A DNA stretch of 54,851 nt from Pseudobdellovibrionaceae bacterium (GTDB taxonomy: Bacteria > Bdellovibrionota > FAC87 > UBA2466), in assembly GCA_023250715.1 (NCBI GenBank), contig JAHFAF010000008.1, forward strand, positions 1,234 through 56,084, written 5' to 3'. Within the stretch, counting starts at the first letter, position 1, and every line of letters starts with the position of its first letter. The notes under the pieces were generated by a model that was not told where the DNA came from, did no database searches, and saw only the letters and a list, made by a program, of their open reading frames with translations. Shown in pieces: positions 17,269 to 25,789 of this stretch. A program made the translations under genes and the position numbers.

Positions 17269-18100
17269 ATGAGACAACGTCGAATTGGCAGTCCATTTAC
17301 CATGGGGTTTCTGACTTGCTTGTGCCTAGTGTCTACGGTTGTAGAGGCCGTGAACGTTTTCGATCGGGGAATCTACCGGGCCGAGAAAGAGAATGGCCAA
17401 TTGACCGGTAGTTTGTTTCTCGAGGCGGACGACGGAAATGTCATTGCCATGTGCGATGATACGGTCCATCTGGTGGATCCTACCGGCATCGACCGTTTGG
17501 GGGCTGCAAGTGAAAGGGGCCTTCCACGTCAGGCCGATTCCAAAGAGTAGCCTTATCGCCGTATTCGACGAAGAAAAGGTGACGCTCCTAACCCCGGAAG
17601 GGAAGATAGAGCGCGAAGTACGATGGCCCATGGATCCGGCTAGTAAGATGTATGGCGGGTCGGGACTCTCCGTCATGGAAGACGGGACAATCATCGGCAT
17701 GTCGCGAAATTACGATACTTGGCGGGCGAGAGTGATCGCGATGGACAGTTATGGTGTTGAGCGCGGACATTACGATTTCAATTCCGGGTGGTTAGCCGCT
17801 GGTTACGGAATGTCATCTGAAATTTGGCGAATGACATTCCGAAGCACGGTTGGTGAGGCAACCGCATTACCGGGAGGTATCGTGTATGTGGTTCAAATAG
17901 GGGCGGGGGGCAACCGAGAGCTTCACTTCTTTGATTCAAATGCGAATCACCTCTACGAAGTAAAGGGAGAATATCATTTTGACTATCCGATGGTGATTCG
18001 CAATCCATCCAGAGGGCAAGAAGGCCTTATTGGAATCCTGATTTCACCTTCTACGGGCGCGGGCGAGTCGGCTTTCGTACAGTTTCTTGGTTTTGAATAA
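17269..18100 (+). pseudogene. frameshifted gene for a secreted protein (two overlapping ORFs offset by +1)
   Basis: ORF 17269-17550 carries the signal peptide (MRQRRIGSPFTMGFLTCLCLVSTVVEA). ORF 17438-18100 continues in the +1 frame. Protein-like character switches frames around the G5 run at 17499-17503. Removing one G gives ...DPTGIDRLGLQVKGAFHVRPIPKSS... Confidence 0.6.
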
Positions 18101-18162
18101 TTGTTTTCCTACGGCCGGTAGTTTTTCGATGGGCAGAAAAAAACTGAACCGAAGGCAAACTT

Positions 18163-18256
18163 TGCCAACGGTCTAGGTGAGGAAGATTTTTTACTATCTA
18201 AAATAGGAACGTATAATCAAATTTCTATTTTATCGTTAGAGACTCTGCCAACGGTC
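18163..18256. promoter_or_regulatory. candidate promoter/operator region upstream of the TIGR02147-like gene
   Basis: Direct 11-mer TGCCAACGGTC at 18163-18173 and 18246-18256 flanks an AT-rich core. The core has TATAAT (18212-18217) bracketed by inverted repeat TAAAATAG (18199-18206) / CTATTTTA (18225-18232). Confidence 0.3.
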
Positions 18257-18297
18257 CTGCTTGATCTCTTCGCCGGTTCTGGTATTTTTCCTGCCCG

Positions 18298-19131
18298 ATG
18301 ACACAGAGAGTGCTTTCCGTTTTGCCCTTTACCGACTATCGGGCCTTTCTGGCTGCCCACGCGCAAGAAATGAAGCGCCGTAATTCGCTCTGGAGCTTCG
18401 GAGCGTGGGCCAGGCACCTAGGTTTACGAACGACGTCTTCTCTCACCAAAATCATTAATGGCGCACGCAATCCGGGCGAAGTCATTTCGAAAAGGCTAGT
18501 CGATTATTTTCGATTTGATTCAGACGAAGAACAGCACTTTCGCGACCTCGTCAATCTCCAAAAACTAAGAAAACACCCACAGATGAACGCTTTTCTGCTG
18601 GAGAAGTTCGGTGCCAAGAATGAGTTGGAGGATTTTATTCAGGTCGATGAGGCTACCTTTTCTACTCTATCCGAGTGGTATTGCTACGCCATCCGGGAGA
18701 TGGTGAGCCTCGACGGTTTTCTTGAAGATCCCAACTGGATCTCCGAAAAGCTGTTATTCAGCGTTCCTCCGATGGAGGTCAAAAAGGCGATTGCGAAATT
18801 GATCAAATCCGGACTGCTCAAGCGCGGTAAAAACGGAAGGCTGGAGTTAGGCCACGTGCGGATCAACACCAAGAATGATGTGGCGTCGGAAGCGATTCGT
18901 CGTTATCACGAGCAATCGCTCGATAATGCCAAGACCGTCTTGCGAACGGTTGCGGTGGACCAACGTGAGATTAGCTCCTCTACATTCGGTATCGATCCGA
19001 AGGACATGCCCGAAGCGAAAGAAATGTTGCGAAGGTTTCGTAAGAGATTTGCCCGGTCGCTTGAAAAACAAAAGGGCAAACAGATCTACCAGTTGGAAGT
19101 GGCTTTTTTCCCTATAACTCGGGCGTCGTAA
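18298..19131 (+). CDS. TIGR02147/DUF4423-like protein (putative HTH regulator family)
   Basis: N-terminus FTDYRAFLAAHAQEMKRRNSLWSFGAWARHLGLRTTSSLTKIINGARNP resembles, from memory, the TIGR02147 family that is expanded in Bdellovibrio and Fibrobacter. No signal peptide. Confidence 0.75.
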   Translation: MTQRVLSVLPFTDYRAFLAAHAQEMKRRNSLWSFGAWARHLGLRTTSSLTKIINGARNPGEVISKRLVDYFRFDSDEEQHFRDLVNLQKLRKHPQMNAFLLEKFGAKNELEDFIQVDEATFSTLSEWYCYAIREMVSLDGFLEDPNWISEKLLFSVPPMEVKKAIAKLIKSGLLKRGKNGRLELGHVRINTKNDVASEAIRRYHEQSLDNAKTVLRTVAVDQREISSSTFGIDPKDMPEAKEMLRRFRKRFARSLEKQKGKQIYQLEVAFFPITRAS

Positions 19132-19322
19132 GAATCGAGGCTAAAACGACAGTCGTGAAGGAGGGCCTGACGCTCGTGGGGGCAATAGGTATTGTCCTCA
19201 TAAACATACTGCAGATCCGAAAAATTCCAACGGGCAAGCATTTCCCATTGACGAAGCGTCGAAATTTTCCGTAGGGTTTGCGGCAGTAAAGAACGGCAAG
19301 GGGGATAACTTGAGGAGAAAAA

Positions 19323-19610
19323 ATGCAACTATCTCTACTGGCCCTGCTCTCCCTCTATTTCCTAAATTCAGCCCACGGACTTGATCGGCTCGATCTTCTC
19401 GATGAAGAGGACTCGCTAGCGAACCAGGAATTCATTGACGTAGCAGGGGATGTGACCGTGACTTGCAACGGGTTTCATTCCGAAACAGGGATTTCCTGCT
19501 GCACTGGAACGGGCAGTGGCCCGAACCGTTTTGCCGCTGAAGGCAGGGCACGCGGGGAATGCTTTAGAACCTCCACCTGCGGAGACAAAACTAAAGTCGC
19601 TTGCAATTAA
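19323..19610 (+). CDS. small secreted cysteine-rich protein (95 aa)
   Basis: GAGGAG SD. Signal peptide MQLSLLALLSLYFLNSAHG, then an acidic spacer (DRLDLLDEEDS), then a C-terminal part with 6 Cys including a CC pair. Confidence 0.6.
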   Translation: MQLSLLALLSLYFLNSAHGLDRLDLLDEEDSLANQEFIDVAGDVTVTCNGFHSETGISCCTGTGSGPNRFAAEGRARGECFRTSTCGDKTKVACN

Positions 19611-19617
19611 GGTCGAC

Positions 19618-20874
19618 CTACTCGTTTTGCGGGCGGGGGCCGAAGAGGTTTCGGTTGTCTGTCAGCTTGAAGAATTTTTCGTAGGGGGTGGTGAACCGCT
19701 CTCTATCGGTTACATCGAAAACGATTAGCTTTGCCCACAATTGGCCGTCGGCCGGGAGGTCGATGCTTAGGTCGCTCACGAAAATTTCCCAGGGGGTGTT
19801 GTCGTTGGACTGGAGGTGCCACTTCTCTACTTTGAGATCAAAGTAGTTGGTGTAGCGCGATCCTGGCTTGATGGGGATGAGCTCGCTCCGGGCGTTGTAG
19901 AAGGCGATGTAGAATTGAATCGTTCTGCCTTCAAATTTGGGAGCAAGGCGGCTTTTGAAAATAAAGCGAGTTCCTTGCTCTTCTCCCACGGTCTGAAAAG
20001 GGCGCTGAATCAGGTAGTCGACGCTCACTCCACTTTCTATGAGGGCAGGAGCCTGATCCGCTCCGAGGGAGAACGCGTAAGGGATTTGATCTCTGTCTTC
20101 GGCGGTGAGGTAGGAAGTCCCCCGGGACATGGCCACTTTGTGCCACATCGAAAAGAAGTTCGTCCGCGTCTGGTCTCGCGTTAATGCAAAAACTTCCGGC
20201 CAAGAGATTTTTCCGTCGCGATCGATGTCGTTCTCTTCGAGTTTATTGGATAGCACGTAGAAAAGCGCATTCGAAAAATTTGCACCCATTTCAGGATCGA
20301 CAAAGGCTTTTGTCTTCCCCGTGGTGGCCGTGAAATCGACGGTTCCCTTGGTGCTGTCCAGTAAGGATTTTAGCGCCGTCCAATGCTCTTCCAGGATCGG
20401 AGGGGCGCCTTGGGCGGTAGGGCCCGTGTTCTCGAATTGTCCGGGTACCCCGCAGGCATCCGTTGTCAGAACCACTCCACGCGCGCCGCGAGACTGCATG
20501 ACCTCCCGAAGCTCTTTACGGCTTAAGTCTCCAGAAGACATCTTGAAGTAATGCCCTCCTCGTTGATCGTCCGTGGCGCCATGGCCGCAATAAAAAAACC
20601 AAAGGACGTCGTCCGTTCCCACCTTTACAGATCGGAAGAAATTCAGCACATCTCCCGGGGTTGGCGAAATCTCTTTTTTCCAGTCATATAACTGGAAAAG
20701 ATCTTCATGCCCTTTCGCCGCATCAAGAAGGAATTTCTTGAGCCTTAAGTAAGAGTCTTCGCATCCCTTGCCCACGTCGGGATCGGTTCGATCCACGACA
20801 GAAAGCAGTGTAGTCTTACCCGCTATGGCTGGTGCGCTGAGGAGAAGCGAAATTAACAACAGGGATGCTTTCAT
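19618..20874 (-). CDS. secreted caspase-like (peptidase C14-type His/Cys dyad) protein with an EF-hand loop
   Basis: Signal peptide MKASLLLISLLLSAPAIAG. FFYCGHG (His98) and LTTDACG (Cys141) are spaced 43 aa, as in clan CD. Canonical EF-hand loop DIDRDGKISWPE at nt 20194-20229. About 150-aa C-terminal beta-rich domain. Confidence 0.85.
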   Translation of the reverse strand: MKASLLLISLLLSAPAIAGKTTLLSVVDRTDPDVGKGCEDSYLRLKKFLLDAAKGHEDLFQLYDWKKEISPTPGDVLNFFRSVKVGTDDVLWFFYCGHGATDDQRGGHYFKMSSGDLSRKELREVMQSRGARGVVLTTDACGVPGQFENTGPTAQGAPPILEEHWTALKSLLDSTKGTVDFTATTGKTKAFVDPEMGANFSNALFYVLSNKLEENDIDRDGKISWPEVFALTRDQTRTNFFSMWHKVAMSRGTSYLTAEDRDQIPYAFSLGADQAPALIESGVSVDYLIQRPFQTVGEEQGTRFIFKSRLAPKFEGRTIQFYIAFYNARSELIPIKPGSRYTNYFDLKVEKWHLQSNDNTPWEIFVSDLSIDLPADGQLWAKLIVFDVTDRERFTTPYEKFFKLTDNRNLFGPRPQNE

Positions 20875-20883
20875 TCTTGCCTC

Positions 20884-22542
20884 TTACTTTGCTGTCAGAT
20901 ACCAATGGTCGAATTGGCGCTTCCTCTTTTCCTTCTTATCCTCTTCAAGGGGCGGTACGCGCCGGGTGGGGAGCCATAGATAGTTAAATTGCAAGTAGAG
21001 ATCGAAAATGGATCGATCCGAAGCGGAATAGTAGCTGTGCCCGACGGAAAACCACCCGTTGACCCGATCCGTATTAATCGTTGCGACGGCGTCGTTGAAA
21101 AGCGGGTGAAGGCCTGCGCGTGTCATCTCGTGAACAGCGGAAGAAAGCCCAAGCGCGCGATCTTTGGCAGAGTAGTAGAAGCTAACAAGTTGGGAAATCT
21201 CGCCGACATTCGGGATGACACTTGAAAATAGATTGATGTCGACGTCAGGAGCCGCGAAGACGGAGACCGCGATCGTACGTTTTTCCTTGGGAAGACCGGC
21301 CCAAGTATTTCCCAGGTCTTTGTACAGCTTGCGCAAACCGAATACCATATAGCGATTGCCCATGCTGTGAGCCATGAGAAAGACGCGCCCTCCTTGGGAT
21401 TTTGTTCTAATGACCACCTTCTTAAGGACGTAGGCAAAAGCCTCAAGCTCGTTCACATCTTCGGCGTGTGATTCATCAGCGCCGTAACTTCGCATGTTGC
21501 CCGCGGAAGGCCAGCTGAATGCCATGATGTTTCCCTTGAAGGCGAGATCCCGCTTCATGCGCCCGGCTTGTAAAATCACATCGTCGAACGAGTTGCAGTA
21601 GCCATGAACGAAAAGAAAAACATCCTTTGAGGAGGTGTTCGAGAGTTTCTCAAGAGTGGTTTCTTCTCCGTAAAGGTATTCCTTTAGGACAACCGCCTTA
21701 GCGCTCGACCACCAGGATTGTTCTTGTGCTCGTGTGGGCAAGGAAACTCTCGCGGCTCCCCAAGTGAGGCCTCGAATGCCACCGTCGAGCCGCGCCTTGG
21801 GAAAGAAAGTATATTCGTTCTGTTTTCCCCGGATGGGAAGATAGGCCCGGTTCGTTGCGAAATAGACAATGTCTTTATCTTCTGCCGCCAAGGGTTGCGC
21901 TACATCTGTCCGAGCGCCGGCTAAATCCTGAGGATTTTTTTCCTTGCGAAGTTTGAGGCGCCCTTCCTGCTCTTCGAGAGAGATGGAACCATTTTTCTCG
22001 CGCGCTGGATGGATGGTGACCTTGTCATCCGCGGGCTTCGTCGTTCCGTCTTGATTAATGAGGAGCGCTTCGGCATCGGCCGTTTCTTCTACAACCGGCT
22101 TTTCTTCACCGATGAGGGTTTTTCTATTTCCTTTTACCTCGAGGGTTTGAATGGCGGATGCCATTTCATCGAGTTTTTCCGGTTTCTCACCCAGTGAAGA
22201 CAGGTCCGCGGCATAACCCAACGAAACCTCGCCTTGGGGGAGATCTAATGAAGCAAAGGGAACTTTGAAAGTTTTGGTAATGAGGAGGAAGGGGGTGCCA
22301 GGTTCCGGTTTCGCCACTTCCATTGTCTCAACGGCAGTGTAGGCGGTGGTGAGCTTTTCCTTCTCTTTGCCCTGAATGACGAATCCTCTTACCTGCAATC
22401 GAAGGGAGGGGTCCTGACTGTCTACGAGTACCAAGACCGTGACACTCTGACCGGCCTCCTGATTCGTCACCGAGACACGCGTGATCCGGGCCGCGTGGGA
22501 TACCGAGGGTATGGCAAGGAAAACAAGCAATAACCGCAACAT
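20884..22542 (-). CDS. secreted alpha/beta hydrolase, DUF900-like (552 aa)
   Basis: Signal peptide MLRLLLVFLAIPSVSHA. The C-terminal half (VFLFVHGYCNSFDD...FSWPS...VFLMAHSMGN) fits the DUF900 esterase/lipase-like family with its GxSxG-type nucleophile elbow. It ends 9 nt upstream of the caspase-like gene. Confidence 0.85.
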   Translation of the reverse strand: MLRLLLVFLAIPSVSHAARITRVSVTNQEAGQSVTVLVLVDSQDPSLRLQVRGFVIQGKEKEKLTTAYTAVETMEVAKPEPGTPFLLITKTFKVPFASLDLPQGEVSLGYAADLSSLGEKPEKLDEMASAIQTLEVKGNRKTLIGEEKPVVEETADAEALLINQDGTTKPADDKVTIHPAREKNGSISLEEQEGRLKLRKEKNPQDLAGARTDVAQPLAAEDKDIVYFATNRAYLPIRGKQNEYTFFPKARLDGGIRGLTWGAARVSLPTRAQEQSWWSSAKAVVLKEYLYGEETTLEKLSNTSSKDVFLFVHGYCNSFDDVILQAGRMKRDLAFKGNIMAFSWPSAGNMRSYGADESHAEDVNELEAFAYVLKKVVIRTKSQGGRVFLMAHSMGNRYMVFGLRKLYKDLGNTWAGLPKEKRTIAVSVFAAPDVDINLFSSVIPNVGEISQLVSFYYSAKDRALGLSSAVHEMTRAGLHPLFNDAVATINTDRVNGWFSVGHSYYSASDRSIFDLYLQFNYLWLPTRRVPPLEEDKKEKRKRQFDHWYLTAK

Positions 22543-22790
22543 AAGTGACCTCGAACGGGGTAAAGAGTTTTGTTAAGTGGGCGGAATCTCGCACAAATAT
22601 CGCGCTGAGTCAATGTGGTCTGCTTGTTCAGAGCCGGCACCAATTATTCAGCGAGGGGAGCGAAACTTCTCTTCTACCCTCATCTGTCGTTGGCAATATT
22701 TGCCGTCGACAAATGAAGTGCGGAGAGGGATTGGCTTCCTCGGGATTCGATGCGTTGTGCTAGTAGTTTTTGAATGGAAAAGGAGTTCAC

Positions 22791-23180
22791 ATGAAATATT
22801 TGTTGATCGCACTTGCGTCGTTTTTACTTCCACTCGTATTGAAGGCCGCGCCGGAGCTCGAGGCTCCCCCCAGGGTTAGTTGCGAGCTTTCGTGGGATTC
22901 GAAAGGTTCTGACGGATTCACTTCTGAACGGGCGCAGTCTGTTTCTGTTAACGTAAAGCCAAAGGGAGAATCTCGCCTAAAAGGATTTTCCCTCAATGCA
23001 AATCTATATCCAAGCGGACCTGCCGATGGGCGGGTTTCTTGGTATGAGCTCGGAATCAGTCTCCAACATGGTGTTCACCGGGCGTATCGTTCCGACGTCA
23101 CGACGAATAGCCGTCGCCAATCTCTTATCCTGGTCGCGGGTCCCGAACGGGCTATCGCCAAATGCGATATTACTCCGTAG
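22791..23180 (+). CDS. secreted hypothetical protein (129 aa)
   Basis: ATG at 22791 after AAAAGGAG. Signal peptide MKYLLIALASFLLPLVLKA. Confidence 0.65.
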   Translation: MKYLLIALASFLLPLVLKAAPELEAPPRVSCELSWDSKGSDGFTSERAQSVSVNVKPKGESRLKGFSLNANLYPSGPADGRVSWYELGISLQHGVHRAYRSDVTTNSRRQSLILVAGPERAIAKCDITP

Positions 23181-23194
23181 CCACGGAGTAATAT
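23167..23194. repeat. perfect 12-bp inverted repeat (hairpin, 4-nt loop)
   Basis: ATATTACTCCGT (23167-23178) / ACGGAGTAATAT (23183-23194), loop AGCC. It spans the TAG stop of 22791-23180, and the SD (GGAG) and first two bases of the ATG of the fragment ORF at 23193. Confidence 0.7.
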
Positions 23195-23333
23195 GCGGCC
23201 TATTTCGAAGTGCCTCGTCCTAACGATACTTCTTTTGCTTGCTGGGCTTTTTTCTACCGCAGGATCGGCTGATCCAGATCCTGCTCATTTGTTCCGATCG
23301 GGACAGCAATCTGCGCTACAGGCCAGGGACTAG
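23193..23333 (+). pseudogene. truncated N-terminal fragment (46 codons) paralogous to the 10835-12022 gene
   Basis: My translation is MRPISKCLVLTILLLLAGLFSTAGSADPDPAHLFRSGQQSALQARD*. It aligns with MRCFSRDLFLTILLPLVGSLSVAGSADPNLGRQFKSEEQSALQVVR of 10835. The two share nucleotide strings such as CTAACGATACTTCTT. It is below the track length cutoff. Confidence 0.6.
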
Positions 23334-23367
23334 CGACACGAATGGGTAGGTGTCAACGACTCGTCCC

Positions 23368-24804
23368 TCAGGGAGTCCCGGCATAATTGAATACGCCGTG
23401 GCGGTACTCTTCTTCTAATCCCACGCTCAATCTCTTGCCTCCGGTATATTCGAGAATACTGCCGAAATGCGTGTTGTTGTCGGGAAGAGTGACGGTGAGT
23501 CCTTGAATAATGAACCCCATCGCATAGGCGGCGGCATTGGTGGGCGCTTCGATAATCCGTTTTAGATTGTTACCGCTAGCCAAAGAAATCGTGACACCAG
23601 TGAATACTGCTTGCTGTCGGCCCAGAAATATCCCCAAGGCATTAACTGCCCCGTCGCCAGGCTGCTGGCCTCGCGGTCCTTCAATATGGGTCTGGTTGTA
23701 TTTGCAGAAGCTGCACATATTCACGATGGCCGTATCGGTAAAGTCCATAATCTGAAGACCCGAGAGCAAATTGCCCTCTCCCCAGATCTCAAGCCCGCGC
23801 CTTACGCGCGTGATCGCGATGTCGTAGTAGTTTCCCACATTGCCTTTGATCTTTAGTCCAGTCCCATTCGGTAGATCGCGTAGCCAAAGCGAGCGCAGAA
23901 CTCCGAAGGTGCCATGGGGATATTCTCGGAAGCCGAGCTTTATGAGAGCTTTCACGGGAGAGTTCGGATCTATCGGGCCCTTGACCTGGAAGTCGTGAAG
24001 GCTAATCTTCGCCGCGTTCCCATAGTTTCCATCGTTTGAATCATCTGTAATCAGGCTTTCCTGGGTAGCACCAGAAAGCCCGCGTAGAATCGTTTGATCA
24101 GTGGAGCCGTCTCCGTAGAGCGTCATGTACGGGGTTAGTACGATTTGGCTAATAAAATAGGTACCAGACGGTATGTAAACCGACCGCGCACCTTCGATGT
24201 CAGCGGCAATCACTGCGGCTTGAATCCGTTGGGTGTCATCGATCTGGGGAGCCGCGAGATTTATCGGACGAGCGCCAAGCGCTCCGAACCAACGAACATT
24301 GATAGGACCCGAGTAATTTCTCTTCCAAACCAGACCTGCGTCTAGCTTAGTAGCTACCACGGTCCCACGATTAATTTTTCGCGGCCCCATTGGTAAGAGG
24401 ACGAAACGTCCCTCTCCTCCGTCGCCCGGCGAGAAGTATCCTAAAACTTCGGCAAACGCTGGTAGTGGTCCTGCCACATACCAGTTTTCGAGTTCTGCAA
24501 TGTTGTTTACAACGATAGCGCTTGCGGTTCCTTGAAATCCGGGCAGACCCATCGGACCTTGGGGACCCATTGGCCCTGCTGGTCCAGGGGTGCCTGGAAG
24601 GCCGGAGGGCCCAGTGGCTCCAGGGGATCCTTGCGAGCTGGTGGGCGAGTTGCCTATATTCGGATTTTCACCCGGGTTTCCGCCGATTCCTGACGTGGCT
24701 ATTTTTTCGCTGCGATTGCAGCCCATCAAAATAAAAGAAGCCAGACAAAAGAACATCCAAGATTTCGAGGAAGTTGGTGCCTCGAATGATTTTTTTTCAA
24801 TCAT
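23368..24804 (-). CDS. lipoprotein with collagen-like G-X-Y repeat and pectate-lyase/tailspike-like beta-helix domain
   Basis: Lipobox FILMGC. 11 G-X-Y triplets. VNVRWFGALGARP...DDTQRIQAAVIAA...VYIPSGTYFIS is typical of the Pectate_lyase_3 / phage tailspike-like N-terminal beta-helix motif. Confidence 0.85.
   Translation of the reverse strand: MIEKKSFEAPTSSKSWMFFCLASFILMGCNRSEKIATSGIGGNPGENPNIGNSPTSSQGSPGATGPSGLPGTPGPAGPMGPQGPMGLPGFQGTASAIVVNNIAELENWYVAGPLPAFAEVLGYFSPGDGGEGRFVLLPMGPRKINRGTVVATKLDAGLVWKRNYSGPINVRWFGALGARPINLAAPQIDDTQRIQAAVIAADIEGARSVYIPSGTYFISQIVLTPYMTLYGDGSTDQTILRGLSGATQESLITDDSNDGNYGNAAKISLHDFQVKGPIDPNSPVKALIKLGFREYPHGTFGVLRSLWLRDLPNGTGLKIKGNVGNYYDIAITRVRRGLEIWGEGNLLSGLQIMDFTDTAIVNMCSFCKYNQTHIEGPRGQQPGDGAVNALGIFLGRQQAVFTGVTISLASGNNLKRIIEAPTNAAAYAMGFIIQGLTVTLPDNNTHFGSILEYTGGKRLSVGLEEEYRHGVFNYAGTP
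24529..24630 (-). repeat. collagen-like G-X-Y triplet repeat (11 triplets)
   Basis: GSPGATGPSGLPGTPGPAGPMGPQGPMGLPGFQG, residues 59-92 of the 23368-24804 product. Confidence 0.9.
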
Positions 24805-24867
24805 CTTCTAACTCCATGAAAGTGGATGTCATTTGGGCCAAGACGATCCACTGCGACTTCGCTATCC

Positions 24868-24916
24868 AAAAATGAAAAAAATTGTGGGCCGGCCTCCAGA
24901 GCGGAGGCTGGCCCAC
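24868..24916 (-). terminator. rho-independent terminator after the 24928-25488 lipoprotein gene
   Basis: Minus-strand RNA reads GUGGGCCAGCCUCC-GCUCU-GGAGGCCGGCCCAC (14-bp stem, one A.C mismatch), followed by AAUUUUUUUCAUUUUU. Confidence 0.75.
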
Positions 24917-24927
24917 GACTCTCTCGC

Positions 24928-25488
24928 CTAGTAAAGGAAGCTCGCAATGTAGTGGTGTTTATCGAGCATTCGTACTCCGCCGCCGAGTAAGGCCTTCCCA
25001 ATTTTTCGAGTGACTGAGAACGAGACGTCTTTATATCCGTTGACTTGGTCACAGGATTTCATTGTCCCGGTGATGTTCACCGAGATTCCCTCTGCGACCT
25101 TCAACCGCAGGCCGTCGGCATAGGCGTAGGTGCGGGTGGAAATACGTACGTTATTTCCCTCTTGGGAGTTTGTATCGACGAAACCTGTACGCTTCTCGGT
25201 GTAAAGATTGCGACGATACTCGAGCAGTTGACCGTCGGAGCGGGAAAGTAGGACATCCCACTGGCGGCACTCTTTCGCGATTCCGTCTGAGCCCCAGTAG
25301 AGATCGACCATCAAATCACCGTTCGCGAACGCGCTACGAAACTGGATTGGAGTTCCATCTATTTTTCCCATGGCAGCCCTGGCCGCCGCCAAGGTGAGGG
25401 GTTCACTCGATTCAGAATTGTCGACGTTAATTTTTCCGCAGCCAGAGATCAACGCGATCGAGGCCATGGCGAAAATGAGATATTTCAT
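24928..25488 (-). CDS. lipoprotein, unknown function (186 aa)
   Basis: Lipobox in MKYLIFAMASIALISGCG. Followed by a strong terminator. Confidence 0.75.
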   Translation of the reverse strand: MKYLIFAMASIALISGCGKINVDNSESSEPLTLAAARAAMGKIDGTPIQFRSAFANGDLMVDLYWGSDGIAKECRQWDVLLSRSDGQLLEYRRNLYTEKRTGFVDTNSQEGNNVRISTRTYAYADGLRLKVAEGISVNITGTMKSCDQVNGYKDVSFSVTRKIGKALLGGGVRMLDKHHYIASFLY

Positions 25489-25789
25489 TCGCTTCTCCTG
25501 TTAAGTGCTGCGAAGAATCCCTGGCGAACTTACGCCAGTTCTTTATCGAGCATGTGGACGCAACTGAGTTCAGGGACTAATAGACACAGTTCCGAGTCAT
25601 CCGTTGTCTTTCTCAAAATTCATGTCAATCAAGCCATGGGGATTCGCGGTCAATTCGGCTCATTCTTAAGTTTTGTGCAAGTAGTTAAATTGCCTATTGC
25701 CTACTAAGTATAAGTAATTAAATGTAAATATGTTACGGTCTCGCGCCGCATCCTTCTTTGGCCGATAAGCCTAGAGGGAGGGGGTACCG

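Noticed and set aside
25690-25703. Tandem heptamer TTGCCTA-TTGCCTA with downstream TATAAG as the ECF operon promoter
   Set aside because: The spacing to the -10-like hexamer is 13 or 6 nt, not 16-18. No GGAAC/CGT-type ECF promoter was seen, so the call cannot be supported.
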